From Nemertoderma westbladi (taxonomy: Eukaryota; Animalia; Xenacoelomorpha): a stretch of DNA of 39,448 nt. Of the stretch, positions 21,109 through 31,169 are shown in pieces. The position numbers and the translations under genes were made by a program. Position 1 is the stretch's first letter; each line of letters opens with the position of its first letter. The DNA lies in the NCBI GenBank assembly GCA_032718475.1, contig JAUCBJ010007181.1, positions 1 through 39,448 on the forward strand. Direction: 5' to 3'. The notes below the pieces were generated by a model. It searched no databases, was not told where the DNA came from, and saw only the letters and a list, made by a program, of their open reading frames with translations.

Positions 21109-22629
21109 ATGGGTGCTTCTTCATCGAAATCGAGACATGGTAGTGCGAATCGCGTAGACGGAGACAAAAAGAAACACAAAGGCAAGAAAGACGGGAGGCC
21201 ATGGTCTACCCCAACCAGTCAGGACCGCAGCTCCCACGTTACAGAACGACCGGCCTCCTCCGTAAACAGCTCTCCCTCCAAGGAACTTAGTGCATCGCCC
21301 AATCGCACTACCATCCCCGCCTCAAATGACACAGTTAAAGACGTTATGATAAGTTACAGCCATCAGGACTGCGAGTTTATGCGACGGATACAAACAGGGT
21401 TGGAGACTAAAGGGTTGACGGTGTGGGTTGACGAGGTCAACCTTGGCGCCGGGGTTGAGTTTCTCAGTAAGATAGGTAAAGCCATCGTTGATTCTCGCTG
21501 TTTCCTAACCATTCTCTCCCCCAACTCCGTCGGTTCACACTACTGTAAGGATGAACTCGCTCTCGCTTATGTTTCTAGTAAACCTATATTTCCCGTCGCT
21601 TTAGCCTCCCAGGATAAACTTTTTCCGCTGATGGATTTCGGACAGAAATTAACTCTGTCCGCGATGAATTGGGTTTATTTCGAAAACGGAGCCGAATTCT
21701 CCGAAAGTTTCGGGAACCTCGCCGCTGAGATTCGTCGTCGTCTCGTCGAACTCGATTCGCCGGACACGGAAATCGCTACCGGTGCGCCGACGGAATCCCG
21801 CGAAACGAGTCGGAATGATTCTCCCAAGCGGGGTCCCCGCAACCGGAATATTCAACGGTGGTTGTCGGAATCCTCAGAGAAGGAAAACTTCTGGACGTCC
21901 AACTTCGCGGAGAAGCTCGACGTACCTTGGAAGAGTTTTGTCGCTTCGTTCATCGCGACGTACAACTCGGAGATCGATGGGATCATATCGAAAGCGGAAG
22001 ATCGTGGGTTCATTACCGACATCCTCCATCGGGAGTTGGCGGTACCGGATGAAACCGGGGAGATCGTAATGCGAGAAGCGTTCGACCACATGTGTTCGTA
22101 TTCGACCGGAGAAGAGAGCGGCAAAGAGAGTCGGTCCTTCTGGTTGGCCGTTCGCGCCAAGGTCATCGAATATTCCGCGATCCGGGAGGTCTTCGAGATG
22201 GAGTCGACGGTTCGAATCGATGCCATCGAAAATCTCGGTAAGTTCCGATCGTCCAACGTTCGCGAGGCGCTCCTCGATCTGTTGCGGAACGACGACGCAA
22301 ACTGCCGCGCCGTCGCTGCCATCGCGCTCGCCCGATCCGGGATCCCAGGCAACGCGCGCTCCACCCAACAGATCGTCCGACTGCTATCCGATAAGGATCG
22401 CCTCGTTCGGGAGTCCGCCTGTCTCGCTCTCGGACACATCCACGCGACTTCCGCCGTTCCGCGCCTCGTCTCCTTATGGCGGAATGATGTCATCTCGAGC
22501 GTCCGGGACGCCGCGTTACTCGCGTTGGAAGAGATCGGAGGCGACGAAGCTAATAAAGCGATACACGTCACTAAAGTGTTGGCCCAGGAGATCGGGAAGT
22601 TAACCCGCCCCTCGGATACTAGGTTGTAA
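21109..22629 (+). CDS. N-myristoylated TIR-domain protein with Cbl-type EF-hand-like middle domain and C-terminal HEAT/PBS-lyase repeats (506 aa)
   Basis: MGASSSK (MGxxxS) plus a basic patch; TIR_2-like DVMISYSHQD..VWVD..LSPNSVGSHYCKDELALA..KPIFPV (~21340-21745); FWTSNFAEKLDVPWKSF (21889); HEAT repeats VRIDAIENLG, CRAVAAIALA, VRESACLALG, VRDAALLALEEIG. Splice acceptor ...ctctacAG ends at 21085. Confidence 0.9.
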   Translation: MGASSSKSRHGSANRVDGDKKKHKGKKDGRPWSTPTSQDRSSHVTERPASSVNSSPSKELSASPNRTTIPASNDTVKDVMISYSHQDCEFMRRIQTGLETKGLTVWVDEVNLGAGVEFLSKIGKAIVDSRCFLTILSPNSVGSHYCKDELALAYVSSKPIFPVALASQDKLFPLMDFGQKLTLSAMNWVYFENGAEFSESFGNLAAEIRRRLVELDSPDTEIATGAPTESRETSRNDSPKRGPRNRNIQRWLSESSEKENFWTSNFAEKLDVPWKSFVASFIATYNSEIDGIISKAEDRGFITDILHRELAVPDETGEIVMREAFDHMCSYSTGEESGKESRSFWLAVRAKVIEYSAIREVFEMESTVRIDAIENLGKFRSSNVREALLDLLRNDDANCRAVAAIALARSGIPGNARSTQQIVRLLSDKDRLVRESACLALGHIHATSAVPRLVSLWRNDVISSVRDAALLALEEIGGDEANKAIHVTKVLAQEIGKLTRPSDTRL

Positions 22630-23075
22630 AGTAAGGGTTGTAAAGTGAACAACAATAATACTTTATTTTCTGTAATCTAGTGAGTTTATTAGCATCAACT
22701 ACCTGTCATTTATACAAATATAAATATAATGTATTATTGAGTTATTAAATCACATTTGATAATTAATTATTCAGCATTATATAAATCTAGAGATTTAATT
22801 ATAATAAAATAACATATACCAGTAATATTAATAATATAGGCCATTTATGATTATTACGAATATCTAGTAAATTTTTATATTTTCAGACTTACATTAATTC
22901 ATAGTCACATAAAGTTTGAGACATATCTATTATGAGTTTTAGACTGAATTTTCAATGTCATCTACAAACACAAAATGGGTCAGTCGCACCCCAGTTATTA
23001 TTCGAATAACTGGTGGACTATTGATTGACACCTAGATTTACTATTGGTGTTTCAAATGTTTTGCGATATTATTGA

Positions 23076-23969
23076 CAGGGATGGTATAACGAAAATAAAG
23101 TTTCGTTTAGTTTAGTTTCGTTTCCTACATTTTAAATTCATTTTGGTTTCGTCTTCTAAATTTTATTGTTTTAAATAATTTTAAAGTAACTATTTACTTA
23201 CAGAAAGATTATAAGAATCTATGAGAGAGAAGATTATATAGTGTGAGGTTTATTAAAATCCAAGTGTCCTCGAGGATGTTAATAGAAGCGAAAACTATTT
23301 TATTAAAAAGAGAACAGCTTTATTTCTTAAATTTTAATTGTTCAGTTTCATTTTAATTATATTTACCATTAACAATGTAAATAGGGTGGTTTTTTGGATT
23401 CCCCATTATTTCTCGGCCCAATGGAAAAGAAAGATTTTCGAATGGAAATTTAAAAAAACCCTCGTTCAGCTTACAGTATGACTTTACTTAACATTGTATT
23501 GTATAATGCAGCGGTTCTAGTTAGTATACGGACATACAGTAAAATGAAACTAAGTGCTGATCGGCCTGGCTACCTGTACCGGTAACGGGGGTTGATTCGT
23601 GTGTCCGATGGGCGCTACTGGATTCGCACCAATTCTCACCCGCCGTATACAATCACACGCCATATAAAGTTATGCATTCTGTGCATCCTCTTTTACTTCC
23701 GTAGTTACATAATATTTCAATTTTTTAATAGAAATGTAAATATACGGAACTGTCTAGTTGCTGTATTGGAGCCAGTAATTTATTGAGTACTGCCTTAGGT
23801 TTACATTACGACAATTTTAGAGAAAATGATCATCTTTATTTATCATTTTTTTTAAATTACTAACTAGATTATTACTTTTATACTATAATACTGTTTCGTT
23901 TAGTTATTTACATATATTTTAATTTTTTTTTTCGTTACGTATTTTGTTCTTTTCGTTATGCCATCCCTG
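23076..23969. mobile_element. hAT-like MITE
   Basis: TIR CAGGGATGGTATAACGAAAA / TTTTCGTTATGCCATCCCTG (one mismatch); 8-bp flanks attattga / attatgaa; tttcgttt subterminal repeats. Confidence 0.85.
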
Positions 23970-24940
23970 ATTATGAATATAATTTTAGAAACGTTTAGGG
24001 GGACAGGGTTTTGTATACAGCCTATTTTTAACGCAATATACAAACTTAACTGTAATAAATATGACACATAAACTCACTATATTTCACGGACATAAGGTGG
24101 TATACCGGTTCCAGTAGTAGCCGTATGGCCCGCATGGGTAATTATCATTCCTATTTTTTCCATAAAATATTAATCGCTACAAATTAAACTATGACTCGAT
24201 TGCTAAACGCTTCGTTTTTGTATTTTAGTTTAATAATTATAATTATTATTCAATGCATATTCGCGGATCCCATCAGTAAATCATTTGGTTGGTTTATGGC
24301 TTAACGCTTTATTTAATCTTTACTGTTTTTTTTATTTCCCCTACACCAGCTTTAATACTGTTACTCCTACGTTGTTTAAAAGTCGTCGCCCTGGCAATAA
24401 ACATAATTGTCATTCTCCCATATTTAATATTACAACTGTTATTGTTTATACATTTTAAGCAATTTATTGCTGAAAATTTATTTTCAACGGGCTAACTATA
24501 ATATCTTAGTGATTTTAATTTAACAGTATTATTTTAATCGTACCAAGGTGCGTTGCGTACCTAATCAGTTAATACAATCATTAATTAATACCATTTGTGT
24601 CTACCCAATAGATCGCACTTATGGCTGTCTATCCCCTTAAATTGCACTTTTTATTGCCCTTGCCTTCCTCCCACCAGTAATGTATTCCCACATGTGTATT
24701 TATATGTTTGTTAAATTATTAACTGTATATTATATAAAGTGCAGGAATACTTTGCACATCATTTTTTATTTAATTTTCTTGATTCTTTGATTTTCTTGAA
24801 TTGTGCTAAATTTTGTATATTTTACAAATCGTTAAACAATGTAATTCTACAATTATGATTTTAATGTTATTCTTGAAATGTTAACTGAAAAAAACTATCA
24901 GTAAAGTACAACTTTAAATAATGAAATGTTATGAATGTTG

Positions 24941-26090
24941 TGCAGACTGACAACGTCACTGAAGTCTAGACTTCCCAACCCACGGGGTGCAGACTGACAC
25001 CGTAACTGAAGTCTAGACTTCCCAACCCACGCCGTGCAGACTGACACCGTAACTGAAGTCTAGACTTCCCAACCCTCGGGGTGGAGACTGACACCATCAC
25101 TGAAGTCTAGACTTCCCAACCCACGGGGTGCAGACTGACACCGTCACTGAAGTCTAGACTTCCCAATCCACGGGCTGCAGACTGACACCGTCACTGAAGT
25201 CTAGACTTCCCAATCCACGGGGTGCAGACTGACACCGTCACTGAAGTCTAGACTTCCCAATCCACGGGCTGCAGACTGACACCGTCACTGAAGTTTAGAC
25301 TTCCCAATCCACGGGGTGCAGACTGACACCGTCACTGAAGTCTAGACTTCCCAACCCACGGGGTGCAGACTGACACCGTCACTGAAGTCTAGACTTCCCA
25401 ACCCACGCCGTGCAGACTGACCCCGTCACTGAAGTCTAGACTTCCCAACCCAGGGGGTGCAGACTGACACCGTCACTGAAGTCTAGACTTCCCAACCCAC
25501 GGGCTGCAGACTGACACCGTCACTGAAGTCTAGACTTCCCAACCCACGGGCTGCAGACTGGCACCGTTACTGAAGTCTAGACTTCCCAACCCACGGCCTG
25601 CAGACTGACACCGTCACTGAAGTCTAGACTTCCCAACACACGGGCTGCAGACTGACACCGTCACTGAAGTCTAGACTTCCCAACCCACGGGGTGCAGACT
25701 GACACCGTCACTGAAGTCTAGACTTCCCAACCCACGAGGTGCAGACTGACACCGTCACTGAAGTCTAGACTTCCCAACCCACGGGCTGCAGACTGACACC
25801 GTCATCGAAGTCTAGACTTCCCAACCCACGGGGTGTAGACTAACACCGTAACTGAAGTCTAGACTTCCCAACCCACGGGGTGCAGACTGACACCGTCACT
25901 GAAGTCTAGACTTCCCTATCCACGGGGTGCAGACTGACACCGTCACTGAGTCTAGACTTCCCAACACACGGGGTGCAGACTGACACCGTCACTGAAGTCT
26001 AGACTTCCCAATCCACGGGGTGCAGACTGACACCGTCACTGAAGTCTAGACTTCCCAATCCACGGGCTGCAGACTGACACCGTCACTGAA
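24941..26090. repeat. 47-bp tandem array (~24.5 copies) with a 14-bp palindrome in each unit
   Basis: Unit tgcagactgacaccgtcactGAAGTCTAGACTTCccaacccacgggg; period 47 (24941 to 24988). Confidence 0.97.
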
Positions 26091-26706
26091 TTGAATTGGC
26101 CTTGTAAGGATTACCAAATTATAATTAAAAGGTTCTCGGAATTTCATGAAACTGAAGATGTTTTTATTCTAGGAACATTTTGTAAAATAAATAACATCTG
26201 CAAGTTTTCTGTATAATAATTATTTAATTATAATATTTTGATATTTCATATTTGAATGTTGGGTTGTTACGAAAAAGGTCATTTTGGGTTTGAAGCAACT
26301 GCTAGCTTTTTCATAGTGTGCAAGTTCAGTGATATTTTTAAGATCTTGTTTTTATTACTGTATAATAGTCGATGAAATTCACCCGCTCAATGAGGTATTA
26401 ATTGTCAGTTTTGTGCGTGAGTAAGTTTTAAATTAACAGTTGAGTTACTTAATAGCGTGGCTATTTGTGCTTACCGGTATTATAATTTATGATTTTGAAT
26501 TGATGATTATGATTTTGTAATTTTATGATTTAAATTTTATTATTGTCATATTTTGAATAATATTTTTCATTGTAGTCGGCGCTATTTTCTGTATGATAAT
26601 TCGTGATTAACTTAATTCTAGTTTACGAACCTAAAAGTATTTAAACTCTAAATGTTAAATGATAGAATATATTTCATCACATTGGGATTTATATGAATTT
26701 TTGAGA

Positions 26707-26939
26707 CAGGGGGGAAATTGGACGCAAAACCCGCCTTGGCGAATTAATATCCCGCCTCAATGTTAAATTCTAAATTTAGGGAAAGGAGCAGGTTACAGTG
26801 GCACGATATTTTAACCAAAACAATAAACTAAACACAATAGAACAGGTTACAGTTTTATTTTTGAGAGTAATCAGCTCATATTTGCGTCGAATTTCCCCTG
26901 GAGAGGGATGAATTTTTATTGCGTCCAGTTCCCCCCCCC
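26707..26939. mobile_element. Short MITE-like repeat with G-run/C-run inverted ends
   Basis: ggggggaaattggacgcaa versus ttgcgtccagttcccccc, and internal tttgcgtcgaatttcccctg; homologous to 135-430. Confidence 0.6.
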
Positions 26940-27146
26940 TCCCCCCCTATCTGGAATTTTTGACATTAACACATAATTAACCTTTTCATCAGGAACCTTA
27001 ATTAAAAAATTTCCTGGAATTATACAATAGAACGCATTCTATTATCCTTAATATTAACACAGTTCCGATTTAACCATTTCGCGTATTCGTGATCCTACAC
27101 TTACGAATATAATTGCAAATTCTACGTGAATTGTAAGTCAATTCTA

Positions 27147-28286
27147 TTATTTCTTCTGGTCTTGTATGTGAACCGCTTTAAAGTGTCTATTAAGGGAGCT
27201 TTGTATAGTGAATGTCTTATCGCAATCAGTGCAATCAAATCTAGTGCCTTCTTTGTGGATTATCTTGAAATGAGCTTTTAGGTGACTATTTGAAGAATAT
27301 TTTTTGTCGCACAAGCTGCACTCGTATTTGTTATCCTTGTTGCTGCTTTTGCTTTGCACGTCGCCTTTTAGATATTCGTTGCGGATAATTCCTTTACACG
27401 ATTCCATGTGCTTGTTCCGGTATCCTTTCCGAGTAAATGACTTTCCGCACTTTGCGCACACATGACTTGCGATGACACCTTGGTGGTCCGACTTCTTATG
27501 ATTCTTTAACAGATCATTCCTCGTAAACGATTTACTACATTCATCGCAATTGTACTTTTCCTCTCCATGGACTGATTTATTATGCCTCTTAAGTGAGGTA
27601 CTTAAGGTAAATATCATATCACATTTGGAGCATTTGAATTTACTTCCTTCGTGAACACTTCGTACATGTGTGTTCAGGTGACTATTTCTTGTGAATATTT
27701 TATCGCACAAGCTGCAGTTATACTTGTTACCATCATGAACCGATTTGATATGGATCTTTAGATAACCTTTTTGTCTAAACGATTTGGCACAATAACCACA
27801 AGTGTACTTCGTTACAGTAACTGAGCCTCTATGAACTAATTTAACATGATATTTCAGGTAGCCTTCTCGTGCAAATGGTTTACAACATTCGGAGCATTTA
27901 TATCTGATACTCAGATGTAAAGAATCCATATGCCGCCTCAGAGTTTGTTTAAGAATAAAGGATTTCCAACAAACAATACAGGTATGCTTGGTACTTCCGT
28001 GAACCGTATTCTCATGATTAATTGCGTAGTACTTTGAAGAAAATCGTTTTCCACATTTGGTGCATGTACAGTTATGTTTTTTACTTCCGTGTACCGTATT
28101 CACATGATTTCTAGCGTAATACTTGGATGCAAAACTTTTTCCACAATGTTCACAAGTATGTCGAAGACTGCAACTATAGTCTATCGGATGACAAATATTA
28201 CATTCGGTTAAACGATTGGTACGGTTTTTGGGATGCCCGCATCCAGACCAATATCCCTTCTTTCTATCCATAGACCAATATTCCAT
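27147..28286 (-). CDS. C2H2 zinc-finger protein, 11 fingers
   Basis: Ten CxxC-x12-H-x4-H fingers and one C2HC, with non-TGEKP linkers (HEGSKFK, HDGNKYN). First ATG 28286; in-frame stop upstream; acceptor ttttggttatAG at 28404-28405. Confidence 0.9.
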   Translation of the reverse strand: MEYWSMDRKKGYWSGCGHPKNRTNRLTECNICHPIDYSCSLRHTCEHCGKSFASKYYARNHVNTVHGSKKHNCTCTKCGKRFSSKYYAINHENTVHGSTKHTCIVCWKSFILKQTLRRHMDSLHLSIRYKCSECCKPFAREGYLKYHVKLVHRGSVTVTKYTCGYCAKSFRQKGYLKIHIKSVHDGNKYNCSLCDKIFTRNSHLNTHVRSVHEGSKFKCSKCDMIFTLSTSLKRHNKSVHGEEKYNCDECSKSFTRNDLLKNHKKSDHQGVIASHVCAKCGKSFTRKGYRNKHMESCKGIIRNEYLKGDVQSKSSNKDNKYECSLCDKKYSSNSHLKAHFKIIHKEGTRFDCTDCDKTFTIQSSLNRHFKAVHIQDQKK

Positions 28287-29879
28287 TCTTCTAAGAAGGG
28301 GTTGTCGGTTCTGTAATGGCCTAACACCTAACTGCGAGGCAGGCGTTTCTAACCATAACAATAAACGGCGGCCACTTTACTGCTTTACCAATTGAGGGTC
28401 ACTCTATAACCAAAAAAATCAGACAGTCTAGCAATAGGTACCGGTCTGCCGGTAGGCAGCTGTAGAATGACAATTAGAAAGTTTGAAACAACGGTCACCA
28501 AATTAACAGGACTCCTGCTGTCCTGTTCAGCTGTTCTACACTGTAAACCCGTATGCAGTTTTTGAATTAACTTAGTTATGGTGAAACAACTTCACCATAA
28601 ACGAATGGCATCGTTACTATAACAATGTTATGGTGATGTAAACCATTAGTGAATTAGCCATTTTGCACACAAGTATGTTGTATTGAATATGGTATTTTTA
28701 CCATAACAATTTCGTGCTGTTTGTACCTTAGTTGTTTAGCTTTTCAATATAGACACTCAATTTCCTATTGGTTAATAGACTTTAGCGCCTTAAATTTAAG
28801 CATAGCCCCTTAACTTTGTAACTTCTGCTAACTTCACTGCTTCTGGTACCGGTACCGGTACTGCAGTAATCTAGTAGTAACAGTAAGTGCAGTGTTCTGG
28901 TGTTGGTTTGTCATATTCTGACATCACTTCATTTTACATTGATGTACCGGCAGACCGGTCAGACGGTAGCGGTAGGCGGTAGGTAGTACTGCATGTACTG
29001 TAGTACAGTCTGACACTGACAGACCTGCAGACTCAGAGACTGACAGTAGTAGCAGTAGGTAGCCTATCCAGTTGCCAGTTCAGCAGTATACAGGTATAGC
29101 TATAGGCTGATACAGTGATAGGCCTATTACATTATTGTATTGTTATTGCATTAGGTGTTAGGGCCTATTGTATTACATTATTGTATTAGGCCATTACCGT
29201 ACTGCATTAGGCAGAGTGTTAGTTAACTTAACCATCAATCGATATATTTTGCAACATTTGCAATTTGTACTTAAATAGGGCCTACCGGTTCATTGATTTA
29301 GTTTGCAGTTTTTTCTAAAATTTGTATCATACCTGCATACCGGTACTTAAAGGTTGATTTTGCAAAATTTGTGCTTAAATTCATTGATTTAGTTTGCAGT
29401 TTTTTCTAAAATGTTTTGTCTTATTTACTGGTGCCAGGATGTCACAATGCAATGACAGTCTTTCTCGTTTTTAAACTTCAATTTACTTGTTAAATAGGCT
29501 AGGCATATCAGCATATTGTTATATGTTAAATATCCTAAAATATTTTATCTTTACTCAGTTACTTAAACCTTATATTTGAAATTTGAAAAAATTTCAAATT
29601 ATAGCTGCTGCCCGGTACCGACTGACCGGTATTATTAAAAATTATATATAGGCCTACCGCTACCGGTATATAAATATAAGCAATTATTTAGGCCTATTAA
29701 AATAAATATATATATTTTTTTTTTTAATTTACCGGTACATTCCACATTCAGACATTAGGGCTGTAGGGTTAGCTCGCCAAACTGCCAAATTCTGGACAAA
29801 ATCTTATATTTTACTGTTTTAGGCTTGTATGCCAACATAGATTAGGCCTACTTTATTCCTTAATTTATCAGTTTTTCTA

Positions 29880-30793
29880 GGGTCCGACGAATTTGTACAA
29901 AAAAGTACCAAAAAATACTAAATAGTACAATATAGTACTAAAGAATACAAAAGAGTACCGGTACAATAAAGTACAAAAGAGTGCAAAAATAGTACAAAAG
30001 AGTACAAACGAGTGAGAAACGCTTGCAAAACGTGTATCCAAGTGTAGTTCAAATCGTTTAGAGGGGCGCACATGATGTGCAAAATAAAACAAAGCATTGT
30101 CTGTTTGTGGGGCGAGCCATGCATTGAGCGGGGGCTGATCTAGCAGTCAGAGAGTAGGCCCCTTTTACAATACAATCTTATGAGTTTTAATGCAGCCTTT
30201 TGTGTTCAAAAAACACAAAAAACAGTCCCAAGCCTGCAAAATTGCAGAGGGAGAACTCAATAAAGTTGCAGATAGAGGCGTACATACAGACATACATAGC
30301 CTACATAATGTACAGTAGCATACAGTCTATCCTTCATTATATGGGCTACTTTAAGACTATGACCTGAATTTTGAGTCTCAGTTATATGAGTTTTATCTAC
30401 CCAGTACTGCATAGTATTGCATTATATTGTATTATACGAACTGTAGCCTATTTCTACTTGTAAGCCAGTCAAAATCTACATGAATCAAAGTTCTGTCAAT
30501 CATTTCATACTGACCACAGAACCAAGGCCGCTAGTGATTGACACTGTAGCGGCTGAGCGGCGCATTTTTCGGTCCCATTCAGCCATTGCATTTGCTTACA
30601 ATTAATTATATTTATATATACAAGTGTAGTGTAGTGTAGACTACACTGGTATACACGTTTTGTATGCGTTTCTCACTCGTTTGTACTCTTTTGTACTATT
30701 TTTGCACTCTTTTGTACTATTTTTGCACTTTATTGTACTCTTTTGGACTATATTGTACTATTTTGTACTTTTTTGTACAGATTCGTCGGACCG
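29880..30793. mobile_element. Mutator/Foldback-like MITE nested in the CACTA 5' region
   Basis: Perfect 9-bp TSD gtttttcta (29871-29879, 30794-30802); ~160-bp TIRs (GGGTCCGACGAAT.. / ..ATTCGTCGGACCG) built of agtacaaaa subrepeats. Confidence 0.9.
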
Positions 30794-31169
30794 GTTTTTC
30801 TATACATTGGACTAATTAATCATTAAATATTTGGACTAATTACGAATTAAGCCTAATCCGGTGTACTTTAGAAAAAAAAAACTTAACTTATTCCTTCTGA
30901 CCTCCATCTGTCCATATTACTGTATTAACTTAAGGGCTTATGTTAATATATAATATAGATCAGTAGATATAGCAATAGCAATAGCAGCAAGGCTGTGCTA
31001 TAACCAGAGTCCAGAACAGTGTAAGGATTTATTTTACTATTAATACTCTGCTGCTGTAGGCCCTACTAATACAGTCTGACAGTAATAAGCCTAATTTTTA
31101 GCAGAGATATTTTCCCAATAGGCCTATTGACAGCAGTATTGATCGAAATAATATTATATATATACGCTT

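Noticed and set aside
6073-22629. Bacterial contamination or a prokaryotic defence operon (TIR + ADP-ribosylglycohydrolase)
   Set aside because: Animal-type ARH1 and DDX51, a myristoylation signal, splice sites and interspersed LINEs show eukaryotic origin.
21852-22655. 267-aa antisense ORF and other ORFs overlapping the TIR, DDX51 and ADPRH genes
   Set aside because: Shadow ORFs of GC-rich coding sequence with no motifs.
24941-26090. CRISPR array
   Set aside because: No unique spacers, no cas genes, eukaryotic context; it is a tandem repeat.
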